Source of the DNA: Escherichia phage EmilieLinder_Bas103
Sequence record: PQ850602.1
Direction: 5' to 3' (one strand)
Length of the DNA: 40,176 nucleotides
In this document: positions 36,701 to 40,176 of the stretch, one piece after another
How the letters are laid out: each line of letters begins with the position of its first letter
Numbering within the stretch: position 1 is the stretch's first letter
Program-made: the position numbers and the translations under genes
Notes under the pieces: generated by a model
What the model was told of the DNA's origin: nothing
Seen by the model: the letters and a program-made list of their open reading frames with translations, nothing else
Database searches by the model: none

Positions 36701-37712
36701 CTCTCCTTGGACGATGATGTTGAATGGCACTACTAACTACCTTCTGGATGCTGCGCGTCAAGGGATGCTTGGGGATATTATTAGTGCCACCTTAACAGGT
36801 AAGACTACCCGCTGGGAGAAAGAAGGATTCCTTCGGGGTGCCTCCGTAACTCCTGAGCAGATGGCTGGCATCAAGTCTCTCATCAAGGAACATATGGTAC
36901 GTGGTGAGGACGGTAAGTTTACCGTTAAGGACAAGCAAGCGTTCTCTATGGACCCACGGGCTATGGACTTATGGCGACTTGCTGACAAGGTAGCTGATGA
37001 GGCAATGCTGCGTCCACATAAGGTGTCCTTACAGGATTCCCATGCGTTCGGAGCACTAGGTAAGATGGTAATGCAGTTTAAGTCTTTCACTATCAAGTCC
37101 CTTAACTCTAAGTTCCTGCGAACCTTCTATGATGGATACAAGAACAACCGAGCGATTGACGCTGCGCTGAGTATTATCACCTCAATGGGTCTCGCTGGTG
37201 GTTTTTATGCTATGGCCGTACACGTCAAAGCGTATGGGATGCCTAAGGAGAAACGTAAGGAGTACTTGGAGCATGCATTGGACCCAACCATGATTGCCCA
37301 CGCTGCGTTGTCTCGTAGTTCTCATTTAGGTGCTCCTTTGGCTATGGTTGACCTCATTGGCGGTGTCTTAGGGTTCGAGTCATCCAAGATGGCTCGCTCT
37401 ACGATTCTACCTAAGGACACCATGAAGGAACGTGACCCAAACAAGCCGTACACCTCTAGAGAGGTAATTGGCGATATGGGTTCAAACCTTCTGGAACAGA
37501 TGCCTTCTGCTGGCTTTGTGGCTAACGTAGGGGCGACCCTGATGAATGCTGCTGGTGTGGTTAATTCACCTAACAAAGCAACCGAGCAGGATTTCATGAC
37601 TGGCTTAATGAACTCTACAAAAGAGTTAGTACCGAACGACCCATTGACTCAACAGCTTGTGTTGAAGATTTATGAGGCGAACGGTGTTAACTTGAGGGAA
37701 CGTAGGAAATAA
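33756..37712 (+). CDS. 16: Internal virion core protein D with N-terminal lytic transglycosylase domain (gp16)
   Basis: 1318-aa ORF; N-terminal SLT-like motif ...AWTESRFVPTAKSKTGPLGMMQF; near-identical to T7 gp16. Confidence 0.97.
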   Translation: MDKYDKNVPSEYDGLFQKAADATGVSYDLLRKVAWTESRFVPTAKSKTGPLGMMQFTKATAKAMGLRVTDGPDDDRLNPELAINAAAKHLAELVRKFDGDELKAALAYNQGEGHLGNPQLEAYSKGDFASISEEGRNYLRNLLDVAKSPMAGQLETFGGITPKGKGIPAEVGLAGIGHSQKVTQELPESTSFDVKGIEQEAPAKPFAKDFWETHGETLDEYNNRSTFFGFKNAAEAELSNSVAGMAFRAGRLDNGFDVFKDTITPTRWNSHIWTPEELEKIRKEVKNPAYINVVTGGSPENLDDLIKLANENFEADSRAAEAGLGAKLSAGVIGAGVDPLSYVPMVGVTGKGFKLINKALVVGAESAALNVASEGLRTSVAGGDADYSGAVLGGFVFGAGMSAISDAVAAGLKRSKPEAEFDNEFIGPMMRLEARETARNANSTDLSRMNTENMKFEGEHNGVPYAELPTERGAVVLHDGSVLSASNPINPKTLKEFSEVDPEKAARGIKLAGFTEIGLKTLGSDDADIRRVAIDLVRSPTGMQSGASGKFGATASDIHERLHCTDQRTYNDLYKAMSDAMKDPEFSTGGAKMSREEVRYTIYRRAALAIERPELQKALTPSERIVMDIIKRHFDTKRELMENPAIFGNTKAVSIFPESRHKGTYVPHVYDRHAKALMIQRYGAEGLQEGIARSWMNSYVSRPEVKARVDEMLKEVHGVNEVTPEMVEKYAMDKAYGISHSDQFTNSSIIEENIEGLVGIENNSFLEARNLFDSDLSITMPDGQQFSVNDLRDFDMFRIMPAYDRRINGDIAIMGSTGKTTKELKDEILALKAKAEGDGKKTGEVHALMDTVKILTGRARRNQDTVWETALRSINDLGFFAKNAYMGAQNITEISGMIVTGNVRALGHGIPILRDILYKSKPVSAKELKELHASLFGKEVDQLIRPKRADIVQRLREATDTGPAVANIVGTLKYSTQELAARSPWTMMLNGTTNYLLDAARQGMLGDIISATLTGKTTRWEKEGFLRGASVTPEQMAGIKSLIKEHMVRGEDGKFTVKDKQAFSMDPRAMDLWRLADKVADEAMLRPHKVSLQDSHAFGALGKMVMQFKSFTIKSLNSKFLRTFYDGYKNNRAIDAALSIITSMGLAGGFYAMAVHVKAYGMPKEKRKEYLEHALDPTMIAHAALSRSSHLGAPLAMVDLIGGVLGFESSKMARSTILPKDTMKERDPNKPYTSREVIGDMGSNLLEQMPSAGFVANVGATLMNAAGVVNSPNKATEQDFMTGLMNSTKELVPNDPLTQQLVLKIYEANGVNLRERRK

Positions 37713-37732
37713 TACGACTCACTATAGGGAGA
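37710..37732 (+). promoter_or_regulatory. T7 RNAP promoter phi17 (class III)
   Basis: TAATACGACTCACTATAGGGAGA overlapping gene 16 stop. Confidence 0.9.
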
Positions 37733-37784
37733 GGCGAAAGAATCTTCTCCCTGTAGTCTCTTAGATTTACTTTAAGGAGGTCAA

Positions 37785-39581
37785 ATGGCTAACGTAATTA
37801 AAACCGTTTTGACTTACCAGTTAGATGGCTCCAAGCGTGATTTTAATATCCCGTTTGAGTATCTAGCCCGTAAGTTCGTAGTGGTAACTCTTATTGGCGT
37901 AGACCGAAAGGTACTTACGATTAATACAGACTACCGTTTTGCTACGCGTACTACCATATCACTGACCAAGGCTTGGGGTCCAGCCGATGGCTACACGACC
38001 ATCGAGTTACGTCGAGTAACCTCCACGACCGACAGATTGGTTGACTTTACGGATGGTTCAATCCTCCGTGCGTATGACCTCAACGTTGCTCAGATTCAAA
38101 CAATGCATGTAGCAGAAGAGGCCCGTGACCTTACTGCTGATACCATCGGTGTCAATAATGATGGTCACTTGGATGCCCGTGGTCGTAAGATTGTGAACCT
38201 AGCGTTCGCTACTGGCGACTATGATGCTGTTCCTCTGAAGCAGATTAAGGAACGTGAGAACTCTGCGTGGAACGCTGTTATTAAATCTGACGAACACGCT
38301 AACCGCTCCAACAGGGAAGCCAACCGCTCACACGACGAAGCTGACCGCGCGAAACGTGAAGCTGACCGCTCAACCCAACAGGCAGGTGCCTCTACGGCAC
38401 AGGCAGTTGAGTCCAAAACGCAAGCTGACCGTTCCAACTCTGAGGCCAACCGTGCTAAAGGTTATGCCGATAGTATGACCGCAAGTGTCGCTGAGGCCAA
38501 GAAGCAAGCTGACCGTTCCAACTCTGAGGCCAATCGTGCCCGTGATGAGGCAAATCGTGCTGCCGGAGAAGTGACTAAGGCTGCTGCTGAGGTTGCTAAA
38601 GCTGCTGCACATGTTGAGACAGCTAATGGACATGCTGACCGTGCTAACACTGAGGCAAACCGCTCTAAGAGTGAAGCTGACCGAGCCACTAACGAGGCCA
38701 ACAAGCTAGGTAGTATGAATGCACTTGCAGGGGCGGTTAGGGGAGTAAGTCCAGACCACTCCGTAGAGTGGGCATCTAATGCCGCGTTTAATGGCGAAAT
38801 TTCTAATAAGCGATCTATAACCTTAATGTCACCTGCTACTACTAACTCTATGGGTCAGATGGTTCATGAGTATGATGGTACTGACGGGCAATACGTATCA
38901 AATACATATTGGGCCATTAAGCACCCACACAGAGGGGATTGGCACATTCCGTATAAGGTTATAAACATACCTAACGACTCTACAGCATGGGAGATGCACT
39001 TCGGGGACTTAATGCGTTGTTTTAATGGATTGAGGGTCGAAGCATATAATAAACCACTAGGTGTTCACAATGGGGCTAATACAGGAGTGAATACCATCAC
39101 GTATGGACCGGGTGATTTAGGCCAAGGTGTGTGGGTATGCAACACCAGATGGAGTTTCTACGACGCAGGGTTAGAAATTGGATGGGTTCGCGGCGGCTCT
39201 ACTAATGGTAACGGCCTAATCAGGTGGAAACCAGAATCATCGCAATCCACGTATCACGATATTTGGCTAAACCCCAATGGCGAGGTGCAATTCCCAGCTG
39301 CGATTAAGGCAGGTGGTGCCACGGTCGCCGTTGATGGTAACATTGGCGGCTCTATCTGGGGTGGTCATCTATACGGATGGCTTAGAGAAAACACAGTCAA
39401 CCACATTTCGATGGGTGGTGTTAACTTGTCGCAGCTATGGAGGGCTGGAGGTGTTTCTGATGGCGGTGGTAAGGTGATAACTGGTATTATAAACTCGAAC
39501 GGCGATGAGCTGGTTGATGTATGCCAATGGCGAGTAATGCAATACGTCCGTAATAATGGACAACGTTTCAATATTTACTGA
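37785..39581 (+). CDS. 17: Tail fiber protein (gp17), chimeric: T7-like N-terminal domain, non-T7 shaft and distal domain
   Basis: 598-aa ORF; residues about 1-150 match T7 gp17 (MANVIKTVLTYQLDGS...DARGR), remainder differs and is 45 aa longer; shaft has repeated ADRSNSEANRA motifs. Confidence 0.93.
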   Translation: MANVIKTVLTYQLDGSKRDFNIPFEYLARKFVVVTLIGVDRKVLTINTDYRFATRTTISLTKAWGPADGYTTIELRRVTSTTDRLVDFTDGSILRAYDLNVAQIQTMHVAEEARDLTADTIGVNNDGHLDARGRKIVNLAFATGDYDAVPLKQIKERENSAWNAVIKSDEHANRSNREANRSHDEADRAKREADRSTQQAGASTAQAVESKTQADRSNSEANRAKGYADSMTASVAEAKKQADRSNSEANRARDEANRAAGEVTKAAAEVAKAAAHVETANGHADRANTEANRSKSEADRATNEANKLGSMNALAGAVRGVSPDHSVEWASNAAFNGEISNKRSITLMSPATTNSMGQMVHEYDGTDGQYVSNTYWAIKHPHRGDWHIPYKVINIPNDSTAWEMHFGDLMRCFNGLRVEAYNKPLGVHNGANTGVNTITYGPGDLGQGVWVCNTRWSFYDAGLEIGWVRGGSTNGNGLIRWKPESSQSTYHDIWLNPNGEVQFPAAIKAGGATVAVDGNIGGSIWGGHLYGWLRENTVNHISMGGVNLSQLWRAGGVSDGGGKVITGIINSNGDELVDVCQWRVMQYVRNNGQRFNIY

Positions 39582-39593
39582 TAGGAGGACAAT

Positions 39594-40121
39594 ATGGGAA
39601 CTTTACGTCACTATAAGAATTTCGTAAATTATACTCCAGAACGCACCAAAGAGAATGCAGACCTTCTAGACCACGGAGTCGGTTTCTCAAAGGACGAGAA
39701 TGGAAATGACTGGTATGAACTTCGCGAGACATTTCGCGAGGACACATGGAAACTTGTCTATGCTAAAGATGGGTCAGTTATCCAGTGTGAACAGGATGTT
39801 CAGGAGTTAGCCGTTCAGGGTTCTGCTGGGGTAGTTGAACTTGAGGAAATCCCTGCTGAGTACTCTCGGCATACTATGATGCAGTGGTGGTGGGACGGTG
39901 AGAAGCTCACTTGGTATCCAAGATACTTTGAGTACCAGAAGGCTCGTCTAATCGCTATGGCCTCCAAGAAGATTGAGCAGTATGCTGACTTTATGGCACT
40001 TGGGGAGGAGGGATTAGAAGGTCTACTAAATGCGTGGCGAGCCTATCGCCTTGCTGTATATAAAGTGGACCTAAGTGTTCTACCTTTTTACGATTGGCCT
40101 GAGAAGCCTGAGGACTTATAA
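39594..40121 (+). CDS. Tail fiber assembly chaperone (lambda Tfa / Mu gpU family)
   Basis: 175-aa ORF with RBS taggagg; C-terminal motif LLNAWRAYRLAVYKVDLSVLPFYDWPEKP resembles lambda Tfa ...[29 protein letters not shown] and Mu U (recalled); no T7 equivalent. Confidence 0.8.
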   Translation: MGTLRHYKNFVNYTPERTKENADLLDHGVGFSKDENGNDWYELRETFREDTWKLVYAKDGSVIQCEQDVQELAVQGSAGVVELEEIPAEYSRHTMMQWWWDGEKLTWYPRYFEYQKARLIAMASKKIEQYADFMALGEEGLEGLLNAWRAYRLAVYKVDLSVLPFYDWPEKPEDL

Positions 40122-40176
40122 CAACAACACAAGGAAAGACATGTAGTCCACGGAGGGACTCATTTAGGAGGATACA

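Overview
This window is essentially the whole genome of a T7-like lytic podovirus (T7 supergroup), closely related to coliphage T7 but not identical. It is written as a circular permutation: it starts at holin gene 17.5, runs through 18-19.5, crosses the genome-end junction (one copy of the ~160-bp terminal repeat, about 3433-3591), then continues from the left-end early region (A1-A3 host promoters, gene 0.3) through gene 17 and an extra tail-fiber-assembly gene; the window end appears to supply the ribosome-binding site for the holin ATG at position 1. All credible genes are on the + strand. I found 17 T7-RNA-polymerase promoters (TAATACGACTCACTATAGGGAGA type), the TE and Tphi terminators, about 11 RNase III-type hairpins and the gene 10A/10B -1 frameshift. 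All comparisons to T7 are from memory, not from a database search. The most notable departures from T7 are: (1) a 601-nt group I intron carrying an HNH homing-endonuclease ORF, inserted in motif C of DNA polymerase gene 5; (2) a replaced distal half of tail-fiber gene 17 followed by a lambda-Tfa/Mu-U-like chaperone gene, i.e. a host-range cassette; (3) an early-region cassette with an unknown 66-aa ORF bracketed by duplicated RNase III hairpins, plus two small membrane ORFs where T7 has 0.5/0.6; (4) ten perfect 13-bp tandem repeats next to the terminal repeat; (5) a tandem gene 1.5 paralog and an extra ORF between 1.7 and 1.8; (6) absence of T7 genes 2.8, 3.8, 5.3 and 7.7. No tRNA, rRNA, CRISPR array, integrase or transposase was seen.
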